From: Hyphomicrobium sp.
Lineage (GTDB): Bacteria > Pseudomonadota > Alphaproteobacteria > Rhizobiales > Hyphomicrobiaceae
Length of the DNA: 64,000 nucleotides
Direction of reading: 5' to 3'
Assembly (NCBI GenBank): GCA_046160845.1
Contig: JBJXHD010000006.1
Span: forward strand, 15,174-79,173
Under the pieces are notes generated by a model. The model searched no databases. It was not told the origin of the DNA and saw only the letters and a program-made list of their open reading frames with translations. The position numbers were made by a program, and so were the translations under genes. Numbering within the stretch: the stretch's first letter is position 1; each line of letters starts with the position of its first letter. Below are positions 40,540 to 51,200 of this stretch, in pieces.

Positions 40540-42390
40540 ATGCGCATTGCAACGAAATTGAACGTCGGCATTCTGATGGTCTTCCTGGCGACCGTCATAG
40601 GTAACGGCGTCGTCCTAGACCTGACGATCCGCCCGAAATTCGTGGAGATGGAAGCGACGGCGTCCCGGGCCGATCATCAGCGCGTTCTGGACGTCATCCA
40701 TAGTCTGGCCGACAAACTGCGCGCCTCCTCGCAGGACAACGCATATTGGGACGAGCCCTACGCCTACGCCCGAGGCGAAACAGGCGACACGTTCATCACG
40801 AACACCTATGGGTCGCCAGCGGAAGCGATCGATGCGTTGGGCATCGAAGTCTTGGCGTTCATGGACGCGCGCAACTCCCTGCTTTGGGGCAAGGCGTTCG
40901 ATCTCGGCACAAAGCAGGAGATGCCGAACCTCGTCGAAGAGATCAGCTCCCTGAAGTATCATCACCCGTATCTGTCGGGGACCGGTGAGCTTCGCGCAGA
41001 ATCCGGGCTCATCTCGACATCGTCCGGACTGATGATGTTGGCCGTTGCGCCCATCGTCAAGAACGACCGGTCCGGCGCGCCGGCAGGCACCGTGTGGATG
41101 GCGACGCGGCTGAAGGTCAAGGACGTGGAACAGTTGACGGGCGTCGGCGTCCGCATCGACGCCATCGAAACCGGCACGCCGCTGCCGAAGGACCTCAGCC
41201 TGAAAAAATCTGCGAACGTCATCGAGACAACCTCTCTCGTCCGCGACATCACCGGCCGTCCGCTTGCGCTGCTCGCCACCAGCTCGCCTCGCAATCTGAC
41301 GCTCGCAGGCGACACCGCCATCCGCTCGGCGAGCATGCTGTTGATGTTCGCCGCCGCCATGCTGATTCTCGCCATCCGCTTCTTCGTCCAGAAGTTGGTT
41401 GTCACGCCGGTTGGCGCGCTCAAGGCCCATTTCGCAGCAACCAACAGCAGCGGCAAGCTGAGCCCGATCACCCACGATCTCGCTTCCGACGAAATCGGCG
41501 AACTTGGCCGAGCGTTCAACGCCATGGAGGCGCGTGTCAGCAATCTGCGCGACGCCCTGTCGCTCAGCGCGCATCACGCCAACAATGCCTACGTCGCCGG
41601 CATGGCAGAGTGGGCCGCGGGAACCTTGCACAACATCCGCAATGGGTTGAGCCCCATAAATATGCACGCCTGGAAGATCCAGCAGCTCTATCCCGATGCA
41701 CGACTGAAAAAACTCAGGACTGCGATAGCGGAGATCGAAACCCCTGAAACGCCCGATGAGCGAAAAGGCAAACTGACGGCGTTCATTGTCGCCAATGCAT
41801 CCGTGCTGATCGACACCGCTGAAAAGACCAAGGCGATGACCGATGACATTGTCGCCGCCAGTAGAGGCATTGAGGCCATCGCATCTGAGTATGAGAATTT
41901 CAGCCGCCAGGAGACCACGCTTGAACAGATCGACCTCGCTGCCCTGGTCGAAGAGGTGGCCAAGGTTTCGTTCATGTCGCACGAGTCGCACATCAACGTG
42001 ACCTTGCCGACCTCTACGGCGGTCGTAGTGGGCAACGTCACGATCCTGCGGCAAGTCCTATCGAACCTGTTCCTGAACGCGGTCGAGGCCATGTCGTTGC
42101 AGACTCATGGCCGACGGATTCGCATCGACCTCCGCCACGCCATAGACGTCGTCGAGCTGTCCGTAACCGACAGTGGCGACGGCATCACCGCGGAACACCT
42201 GAAGTCGATGTTCCAGCGAGGCTTCAGCACGCGCACGCACAAGCGCGGCGGACTGGGTCTGCATTGGTGCTCAAGAGCGGTTAAATCACTTGGTGGAACA
42301 TTACGTGCCGAAAGTGAAGGCCGCGGCAAGGGCGCGACGTTCGTCGTTGTCCTCCCGACGCCTCACGCAGTCGAACAAGTGGCGGCATAA
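40540..42390 (+). CDS. Membrane sensor histidine kinase (CHASE4-like + HAMP + HisKA + HATPase)
   Basis: DNAYWDEPY periplasmic motif, DEIGELGRAFNAM (HAMP), LHNIRN (H box), NLFLNAVEAM, DSGDG, FQRGFST, GGLGL. Confidence 0.9.
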   Translation: MRIATKLNVGILMVFLATVIGNGVVLDLTIRPKFVEMEATASRADHQRVLDVIHSLADKLRASSQDNAYWDEPYAYARGETGDTFITNTYGSPAEAIDALGIEVLAFMDARNSLLWGKAFDLGTKQEMPNLVEEISSLKYHHPYLSGTGELRAESGLISTSSGLMMLAVAPIVKNDRSGAPAGTVWMATRLKVKDVEQLTGVGVRIDAIETGTPLPKDLSLKKSANVIETTSLVRDITGRPLALLATSSPRNLTLAGDTAIRSASMLLMFAAAMLILAIRFFVQKLVVTPVGALKAHFAATNSSGKLSPITHDLASDEIGELGRAFNAMEARVSNLRDALSLSAHHANNAYVAGMAEWAAGTLHNIRNGLSPINMHAWKIQQLYPDARLKKLRTAIAEIETPETPDERKGKLTAFIVANASVLIDTAEKTKAMTDDIVAASRGIEAIASEYENFSRQETTLEQIDLAALVEEVAKVSFMSHESHINVTLPTSTAVVVGNVTILRQVLSNLFLNAVEAMSLQTHGRRIRIDLRHAIDVVELSVTDSGDGITAEHLKSMFQRGFSTRTHKRGGLGLHWCSRAVKSLGGTLRAESEGRGKGATFVVVLPTPHAVEQVAA

Positions 42391-42912
42391 ATGCAATCCA
42401 ATACTCCGAGAATTCTGGTCGCCGATGACGACCTGGGCGTCATCGCCGCCTACCGTCACGTGCTGGAGCGAGAACAGCACGCGACGGTCGCCGGCCGCAG
42501 ACGGGCCGCCGACGCATTGGATGAAGAGCTGTTCGGGACGGCCCCTCAGAAGGCCGAGGATACGGACTGGCGCGTGCACTTCGTCGATCAAGGCCGCGAC
42601 GCCGTCGACGCGGTCCGCGAGTCGATGGACAAACAGGACCCCTTCAGGATTGCGTTCCTCGACATCCAGATGCCGCCCGGCATGGACGGTTACGCGACGG
42701 CGCGCGCAATGCGACGCCTGGATCCGAACTTGGACATCGTCATCGTGTCGGGATATTCAGACTACACGCCCGAGGAGTTGACGGAAGTCGCTGGACCCGC
42801 CGACAAGTTGCACTTTCTGCCGAAGCCGGTGTGGCCCGACCAACTGCAGGCCATTGCGCTTTGGCTTTGCGACGCCAGACGCGAGCGCATGGAGTCGGCC
42901 AAGAGGCCTTGA
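42391..42912 (+). CDS. Single-domain response regulator receiver
   Basis: ILVADDD, FLDIQMPPGMDG, IVSGYS, FLPKP; abuts the kinase stop; no output domain. Confidence 0.88.
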   Translation: MQSNTPRILVADDDLGVIAAYRHVLEREQHATVAGRRRAADALDEELFGTAPQKAEDTDWRVHFVDQGRDAVDAVRESMDKQDPFRIAFLDIQMPPGMDGYATARAMRRLDPNLDIVIVSGYSDYTPEELTEVAGPADKLHFLPKPVWPDQLQAIALWLCDARRERMESAKRP

Positions 42913-42953
42913 GATTTCGGCGCGACGCGTTCTCGCGAAAGAAGCGCCAGCGT

Positions 42954-43859
42954 TCAAGTTCTGAAGCTCGTTGGCGGCGACCGCATCGCCACCCACGCGA
43001 CCAGCACATACGAAATAATCATCAGCAGAAACCACGAGCCCAGTTTGCCGAGTCCGACCATTTGCCAGCCGTGCTTCTGATTGGGGTAAGCCCAGGCGGC
43101 GGTGAACGTGCCAATGTTTTCCGCGAACCAGATGAACAGCGCGACGAGTGCGAGGCCGACCAGCAGCGGCATGTGTCTGTGCGACTTCCAGACTTTGAAG
43201 TAGATCGTGCAACGTCCGAACAGGGCAATCGCCGTGAGGAATAGAAGCGGCCGCGCATCCCACGCATAGTGGTGCGCGAAAAAGTTGACGTAGATCGCCA
43301 CGGCCAGCGCCGAAATCGCCCACAGCGGCGGATGGCGGTCGAAGCGGAAGTCGAACAGCCGCCAGCAGCGCGCGATGTACGAGCCGACCGCCGCGTACAT
43401 GAAGCCCGTAAAAAGCGGCACGCCGGCGATGCGCAGGATGCTCGCCTCCGGATAGACCCACGAGCCGACCGACGTCTTGAAGATTTCCATCGCCGTGCCG
43501 ACGGCGTGGAAAACGAAGATGACCTTCGCCTCCTCCCAGGTCTCCATCTTGAAAGCGAGCATCGCGATCTGGATGCTGATCGCCGCGAGCACAAGAAAAT
43601 CGTACCGCGCCAGCGCAGCGCCCTTGGGATAAAACAAATAGGTGCCGATCAACAGCGCCAGCATCAGCGCGCCGAATAGGCAAGCCCATGCCTGCTTCAC
43701 GCCGAAGCGGACAAACTCATAGGCGAAGTGCGCGAACCGGCCCCGCGCTTCCGCGCGTTCGCCGAGTTCCGCTTCCCAGTCGATGAATCGCGCCAGCGGC
43801 GCCCACAGCCGCGCCGCGCTTCGACTTCGCTGAAGACTGCCAGGCGCCTCACGCTGCAT
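42954..43859 (-). CDS. DUF817 family membrane protein
   Basis: KQAWACLFG, RYDFL, FHAVGTAMEIFKT, PLFTGFMYAAVGSY, WFAENIGT..AW.YPNQ. Confidence 0.88.
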   Translation of the reverse strand: MQREAPGSLQRSRSAARLWAPLARFIDWEAELGERAEARGRFAHFAYEFVRFGVKQAWACLFGALMLALLIGTYLFYPKGAALARYDFLVLAAISIQIAMLAFKMETWEEAKVIFVFHAVGTAMEIFKTSVGSWVYPEASILRIAGVPLFTGFMYAAVGSYIARCWRLFDFRFDRHPPLWAISALAVAIYVNFFAHHYAWDARPLLFLTAIALFGRCTIYFKVWKSHRHMPLLVGLALVALFIWFAENIGTFTAAWAYPNQKHGWQMVGLGKLGSWFLLMIISYVLVAWVAMRSPPTSFRT

Positions 43860-43891
43860 GCGTCAGTCCCGGCCGCGCGATGTGATGACGA

Positions 43892-44398
43892 TCAAGCGGG
43901 CATCGCCTTGCGCATCGCAGCCTTAATCTCGTCCGGCGTCATAGCCTTGACCGGCGTCGCAACCGACCAGCGATGCCCGAACGGATCTTCGAGCTGGCCG
44001 TAGCGGTCGCCCCAGAACATCTCGGTGACGGGCATCGTGATCTTGGCGCCGGCCTTGGTCGCCCGCGCGGCGACGGCGTCGGCGTCGGGCACATTGAGAT
44101 GGATGAACACCGGCGAGCCCTTCAGCGCCTTCGGTCCCGGCGCGCCGTATTCGAGATTCTGATCGACGAGGAAGATCGGCGCGCCTTCAATCATCACGCA
44201 CGCGTGCATGATAAAACCGTCCCTGCCTTCGAGCCGCATCGCTTCGACCGCACCGAACGCTTTCTTGTAGAACTCAATCGCCTTCGCCGCACCGTCGCAG
44301 ACGAGGTGCGGAATGACGGGGTGCGCGGGCGGCTTCGTCGCCGCGGCCGCTTTCGGCTTTGCAGTTACTTTCGTCGCCGTGGCCTTTTCTTTCGCCAT
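43892..44398 (-). CDS. VOC/glyoxalase family protein (PhnB-like)
   Basis: AIEFYKKAFGA, MHA.V.I.G, MFWGDRYGQLEDPFGHRWSVAT; Lys/Ala-rich N-terminal extension. Confidence 0.9.
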   Translation of the reverse strand: MAKEKATATKVTAKPKAAAATKPPAHPVIPHLVCDGAAKAIEFYKKAFGAVEAMRLEGRDGFIMHACVMIEGAPIFLVDQNLEYGAPGPKALKGSPVFIHLNVPDADAVAARATKAGAKITMPVTEMFWGDRYGQLEDPFGHRWSVATPVKAMTPDEIKAAMRKAMPA

Positions 44399-44493
44399 GA
44401 CCCTGCTCCTGTCGCGGCTGCTGTCCTGGCGCGCCACATGCCGCCCGAAAATGGACGCTCCCGTGGCAGGGCCAAGCCCGCAACGACGATTTC

Positions 44494-44612
44494 CGTCATC
44501 CTCGGGCGAGCGCGGCTTGCTGCTTACCGTTCGGCAGCCTCGATCGACAAGACTCCCTCTGCATGTCATCCCGGACAAGCCGCGACAGCGGCGCGCTCCG
44601 TCCGGGATGACA
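44494..44612. repeat. Palindromic repeat pair (one half copy, one perfect short copy)
   Basis: CGTCATCCTCG at 44494; TGTCATCCCGGAC (44564-44576) / GTCCGGGATGACA (44600-44612) is a perfect 13-bp inverted repeat. Confidence 0.85.
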
Positions 44613-44747
44613 GATTTTGTCAGAAGCTGCCATTAACTGCCCCTAAAGTCGCACGAAATTCGCTTGCCTTCGCCGCATCGCCAAGCTCGCTCGGCCTGTG
44701 CTAGTTCAAGACGGAGAAACGCAGTCTCGCAGCGGGTCACAACAAAG

Positions 44748-46919
<2,172 letters not shown>

Positions 46920-46929
46920 GTTTCGCCCT

Positions 46930-47040
46930 TGTCATCCCGGGCGAGCCCGCATTTGCGGCGAGACCCGGGACCCAGAACCTCACGACTTCAGTCGCCCTGG
47001 GTCCCGGATCGCGATGCCCGGCATCGCGTCCGGAATGACA
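46930..47040. repeat. Palindromic repeat element
   Basis: TGTCATCCCGG / CCGGAATGACA ends; inner CCGGGACCCAG / CTGGGTCCCGG. Confidence 0.85.
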
Positions 47041-47062
47041 AGTTGGGGCTATCCCTCCTACC

Positions 47063-47205
47063 CGTCATCCTCGCGCGAGCGCGGCATGAGCCGCGTCGAA
47101 GCGCGGGGAACCAGCACAAAACTTCTATCGCATTATCGAGCCTTTGGCGCATCCCACGCTGGATCCCCGAACGCATTTGCGTTGCCCGCGCGTTCGAGGA
47201 TGACG
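47063..47205. repeat. Palindromic repeat element related to the 19051 copy
   Basis: CGTCATCCTCG / CGAGGATGACG ends; inner GGGGAACCAGC / GCTGGATCCCC; shares CCAGCACAAAAC with the 19051 copy. Confidence 0.85.
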
Positions 47206-47299
47206 GAGTTTACGCAGCGCCGAGTTTACTACGCTTTGGCATCATGGGGGCTTAGCGGGCCCCTTATCGTGCTACGCTCCGCGCGAAGCAGGAGGCTCA

Positions 47300-47539
47300 A
47301 TGACAGAAACAGACTCAAAGCCTGGCGACATCAATCGCAATAGCCAAAGGCTGGTGGCCAAGACCAAACGACCGGGCAACGATCACAACCAACTCGTTTG
47401 GATTCTCTGTTGCGAGCGTGTCGACTATCACGGCGAGGTATGCGGTCATCGCTACGGAGCGAGCGGCTCGGACTATGTCCAGCGCAAGTGCCCGGAGTGC
47501 CAGGGCGGAGAGCCGGGTCTGTCGATCGCTAGTCTCTGA
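47300..47539 (+). CDS. Small Zn-ribbon-like hypothetical protein
   Basis: GGAGG RBS; INRNSQ..V.KT..PG.DHNQ..W.L.C...C.H.YGASGSD..QRKCPECQGG.PGL. Confidence 0.7.
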   Translation: MTETDSKPGDINRNSQRLVAKTKRPGNDHNQLVWILCCERVDYHGEVCGHRYGASGSDYVQRKCPECQGGEPGLSIASL

Positions 47540-47556
47540 ACCTTCGACGAACGTGC

Positions 47557-47874
47557 TCAGACGTCGCGCCGCGCCGCCCTGACGAGACTTCCCAGCAACC
47601 GCACGATCCCCGCAACGACGAGACCGATCAACAGCAGCAGCATCGACTTCGGGCCGAGTTCGCCGAACACGCTGGCGTAGGCCGAATCCGCCGAGCCGGC
47701 GAATGTGCTTTCGACGAAGCCCGCCATGAAGTCGAGAACGCCGCCCGCGTGGCGCACGAGTTGGCCGAAGAGGTCCATGTTGTAAAGGTTGAGCCCGACG
47801 TAGACGAGCATCGTCAGCGCCAGCTCGATGACGACCAGCGCAGCTGTGCCGATCAGCGATCCGATGACTCTCAT
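47557..47874 (-). CDS. Hypothetical membrane protein (2 TM)
   Basis: Hydrophobic N- and C-terminal segments; GAGG upstream. Confidence 0.65.
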   Translation of the reverse strand: MRVIGSLIGTAALVVIELALTMLVYVGLNLYNMDLFGQLVRHAGGVLDFMAGFVESTFAGSADSAYASVFGELGPKSMLLLLIGLVVAGIVRLLGSLVRAARRDV

Positions 47875-47983
47875 GACAGCCTCGCACGCGCGGCTGATCG
47901 GTACGTGCTCATATTAAAATTCTCCACTGTGTAAGCCGGGATGAAGGCGCCGCGCCCGCGCGCAGGATCGAAAGGCGTGGCCG

Positions 47984-48127
47984 TCACCGGTTGGACCGGA
48001 ACGACCCGGCGTAGTGTCCACGATCGAAGCCGCCGCGCTTTCCGCCGCGCAGAATAGAATCCGCGATCACCGAGCCGATGACCGTCACCATCACGCCGAG
48101 GATCAGTTGGGACATCCATCTCCGCAT
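47984..48127 (-). CDS. Small membrane peptide (47 aa), absent from the ORF track
   Basis: Read by hand: MRRWMSQLILGVMVTVIGSVIADSILRGGKRGGFDRGHYAGSFRSNR*; GGAGG RBS. Confidence 0.5.
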   Translation of the reverse strand: MRRWMSQLILGVMVTVIGSVIADSILRGGKRGGFDRGHYAGSFRSNR

Positions 48128-48313
48128 TGCCTCCGCTTAGAGGCCGACGGCGGCGGAAGTTTGGCTTCCCTGTGGCGCGTGGCGGCGGGCGACGATCGGA
48201 ATCTATCCCCGCTCTTCACCATCCCAAAAATTTTTTCGCAAAAACGTATCCCCGCTGACTCCAGCGGCCTCATCCTCAAGCTCGACACGCAAACGAAGCG
48301 CGAAAGGAAGGAC

Positions 48314-49417
48314 ATGCCCGTCGAAACGACACCGAACCTGCTGCTCCCGTACATCCTGGCGGCGCAGTCGCAGAAGCACGTGACGCACAACGAGGCGATC
48401 CGCGCGCTCGATGCGCTGGCCCAGATCACGGCGCTCGACCGTGATCTCGCAACGCCGCCCGGCGCGCCCGCCGACGGCGACCGCTACATCGTCGCCGCGA
48501 GCCCGACCGGCGCGTGGGCGGGGCAGGCCGGCAAAATCGCCGCCTACCAGGACGGCGCATGGGCGTTCTACGCGCCGCGCGAGGGCTGGATCGCCTGGCT
48601 CGCCGACGAGAACGCAGCCGTGGTTTACGACGGCGCGGCGTGGACGGCGTTTGGAGGCGGCGGAGGCGGAGGCGGCCTGGCCAACGTCGTCGAGGATACG
48701 ACGCCGCAGCTCGGCGGCCCGCTCGACGTCAACGGCTTCGCGCTCGGTGACGGCACGCGCGAACTGGTGAAATTTTCGGAGACCGCGTCGGCCGTCAACG
48801 AAGTGACGGTGACGAACGCGGCGACGGGTGGCAATCCGCAGCTAAGCGCCACCGGCGACGATACGAATATCACGCTGTCGCTTGTGGGCAAGGGGAGCGG
48901 CGGCGTGCGGGCGCCCGTGCTCGGCGTCAACGCCAACGGCGATACGACCAACCGATTGTCGGTGACGAGCCCGGCGGCGCTGTTCAATCACGCGGGCGCC
49001 GGCCATCAGGTCAAAGTCAACAAGAACGCCGCCGGCGATACGGCGAGTTTCCTGTTCCAGACCGGCTTCTCGGGCCGCGCCGAAATCGGCACGACGGGCG
49101 ACGACGATTTCCACTTCAAGGTCAGCGCCGACGGCTCAACGTTCAACGAGGCGCTGATCCTCAACAAGACGACGGGCGCCGTGACCCACAAGGCAGGCGC
49201 GCGCGCGACGTTTTCCCATGACGCGACTCTGCCGGGACTGCGACTGATCCCGGCTGCGAGCGATCCATCGACGCTGCTCGACGGCGATCTTTGGTTCAAC
49301 GCGACGACGGGAAAATTCCGCAAGCGCCAAGGCGGCGCGACGTCCGACCTCGATACGACCGGCGGCGGCGGGAGTTCGACACCGGACTTTTTGATCATGA
49401 ACCAGGGGATCATCTGA
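48314..49417 (+). CDS. DUF2793 domain protein, phage/GTA tail-fibre-like
   Basis: TPNLLLPYILAAQSQKHVTHNEAI..LD, GDRYIVAASPTGAWAGQ, P.EGW.AW, ASFLFQTGFSGRAEIG..GDDDFHFKVSADGS; GGAAGGA RBS. Confidence 0.85.
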   Translation: MPVETTPNLLLPYILAAQSQKHVTHNEAIRALDALAQITALDRDLATPPGAPADGDRYIVAASPTGAWAGQAGKIAAYQDGAWAFYAPREGWIAWLADENAAVVYDGAAWTAFGGGGGGGGLANVVEDTTPQLGGPLDVNGFALGDGTRELVKFSETASAVNEVTVTNAATGGNPQLSATGDDTNITLSLVGKGSGGVRAPVLGVNANGDTTNRLSVTSPAALFNHAGAGHQVKVNKNAAGDTASFLFQTGFSGRAEIGTTGDDDFHFKVSADGSTFNEALILNKTTGAVTHKAGARATFSHDATLPGLRLIPAASDPSTLLDGDLWFNATTGKFRKRQGGATSDLDTTGGGGSSTPDFLIMNQGII

Positions 49418-49418
49418 C

Positions 49419-49550
49419 ATGGCGACAGCAGCACAGTACGCAACGCAACCGACCCACGACTATTCGACCGGTAATACGGCCAACGCCAACCGCGACGGCA
49501 CGGGCACGACTGTCGTCGCCGCATCCGGCGTCGGCACGGCAGGCAAGCGC
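49419..49550 (+). pseudogene. Truncated phage structural gene
   Basis: MATAAQYATQP...TANANRDGTGT resembles small phage tail-associated proteins; after ~49550 the frame reads into antisense acyltransferase sequence. Confidence 0.5.
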
Positions 49551-50115
49551 AAAGGCGCTCCAGCCATTCAGAAAGAACACCGGCGCATCAGGCCAGAGCA
49601 GCGCGGCGCACGACGGCGCGAAAAGCACGATCCATCGCAGCGGAGGGCGAAGCAGGCACAGGCTTACGATCAGGTAGAAGGCCACTTCGTAACTGAGCGA
49701 CCAATACACCCAATTTACGCCGGGCACGGAGGTGACGGGAGCGGTCGTCAGCGTCAGTGTGGCCGCCCAAGAAAAAGCGGTCTTCGGCACGGCGATGAGA
49801 TCGTTCGTTCCGGTTTCAAGTCTTCGCGCGAGCACAAGACAAATGACGAGAGCGACGCTCGCTAAGTACGGAGGATATATCCGCCAGAACCGGCGTCACA
49901 AAAATGATACGGGACCAGTCGAGCGAATGGCGCTCGACTGCACGGCGAAACCGCTGATTGCGAAGAAGGCCGGCACTCCAAGCCCGCCCATCGATACGAT
50001 GTCTTGGTAGGCGCTCGGCGCAAATATGCCGACTTCATTGAAATGAAAAATGGCGACCGCGCAGACGGCGAGGCCGCGCATGCTGTCGATGAAGGCGAAG
50101 CGATCGGGCTAATGG
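49545..50115 (-). pseudogene. Acyltransferase-3 (O-acetyltransferase) pseudogene
   Basis: DRFAFIDSMRGLAVCAVAIFH, GVPAFFAISGF, then in-frame TGA (49896-49898) in FL*RRFWRIYPPY, then YWSLSYEVAFY; in-frame TAG at ~50110; 3' half missing. Confidence 0.8.
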
Positions 50116-50205
50116 TGCGGCAGATGGAATTCCCCCAGTGCTCACGTGTTTGATACCCGCACACCGCGACGCGGCAGGTAATGTTTAAATCCCGAGGGAC
50201 CGCCG

Positions 50206-50403
50206 ATGGCCAACACCTTTAACGGCCGCCGCTCTCTGTCGGTCAAATTGAACGCCATAGGAAAACGGACGGCTCAAGAGGTCAGCCACGCTCTTCGCCG
50301 TGGCGGGCTCGCAGTCGAGAACAGAGCTGTCGACGGCATCATCTCGCCCCCGAAAACGGGCCGCATCTACCCCTCGAAACACCGCACGGGCGCAAAGCAC
50401 TAG
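50206..50403 (+). pseudogene. Phage HK97 gp10-like head-tail gene fragment
   Basis: PKTGRIY...G.KH then stop, with GSAP in a shifted frame, matching the GR.Y....H.ASAPG motif of that family; GAGGG RBS. Confidence 0.5.
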
Positions 50404-50529
50404 GATCGGCGCCTGCCGGATCGCAGGCTGTTCTCTTGCTACGCGTACGCGATGACCTCTGGCAGATGGCTGAGGGGCTGGCTCAGATCGGTCGTCAACG
50501 TCCATCGAACGTCGCGCGCGCAACCGCCT

Positions 50530-51129
50530 CTAGAGCCCATAGATCATGTTCTCGGCGTTCGTGTAGAGCGGACGCATTTTGAACCGAGCGAAATAGGATT
50601 TGAACTTGTCGCCGTCGGCGCTGTTCCATTCGGCGCAGATCAGCTTGACGCCAAGCGCTTTCACGTCGATTTGCTCGAGGATCTCCAACACGTTACCCTC
50701 TGTATCGACGTTGATGAAATCGAACGTCTGATACTTGGCGCGCTTGAGAAGCTCGGGCACCGTCACCATCTCGCGGCTGATCTTGTTGAACTTCGTATTA
50801 TAGGCCTTCGCCCAGCGGTGCGTTTCTGACTCTAGAGTCGACGATATGGCGTCTCCGCTGGAGTCGAAGAACTCGACAGCCCCGTTGACGGCGCCAACGC
50901 AGACCGGGAGCACCTGTATGTCCGGGTCATTGCCGTATTCCGCCTCGAACGCCGGCAAAAGCGACGGCGAGGGTTCAACGAATACGCCTTTGAATCCTTT
51001 CTCATAGAGCGCGCGCGTATTCGAGAACGTCTTTGGATGAAAGGCGCCAACATCGAGGAACGTTCCGCCGCCTGTCCATCGAAAGTATCCCAGGATGTGC
51101 TTCTCTTCTTCGTTCTGGCTGTACATCAT
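50530..51129 (-). CDS. FkbM-family SAM methyltransferase
   Basis: FLDVGAFHP..FSNT..LY, G.FVEP, FINVDTEG. Confidence 0.88.
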   Translation of the reverse strand: MMYSQNEEEKHILGYFRWTGGGTFLDVGAFHPKTFSNTRALYEKGFKGVFVEPSPSLLPAFEAEYGNDPDIQVLPVCVGAVNGAVEFFDSSGDAISSTLESETHRWAKAYNTKFNKISREMVTVPELLKRAKYQTFDFINVDTEGNVLEILEQIDVKALGVKLICAEWNSADGDKFKSYFARFKMRPLYTNAENMIYGL

Positions 51130-51200
51130 CTGATCCGTCGATAAGATTCATCGTCGTTTGTGGCGCGCCCTACCTCGCTTTTTAGCGAGCGCATCGGGAT

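Noticed and set aside
48200-48260. TATCCCCGCT twice, ~44 bp apart, resembling part of a type I-E CRISPR repeat
   Set aside because: Only two 10-bp matches, no full repeat-spacer periodicity and no cas genes.
48014-48313. 100-aa N-terminal extension of the DUF2793 ORF given by the ORF track
   Set aside because: A good RBS precedes ATG 48314, the domain begins there, and the extension overlaps an opposite-strand peptide gene.
49896-49898. Selenocysteine or readthrough at the in-frame TGA of the acyltransferase
   Set aside because: The codon sits where Trp (TGG) is expected and the gene has other lesions and a 3' truncation.
48314-50403. Functional prophage or gene transfer agent cluster
   Set aside because: No terminase, portal, capsid, integrase or att/tRNA site; two of the three phage-like genes are broken.
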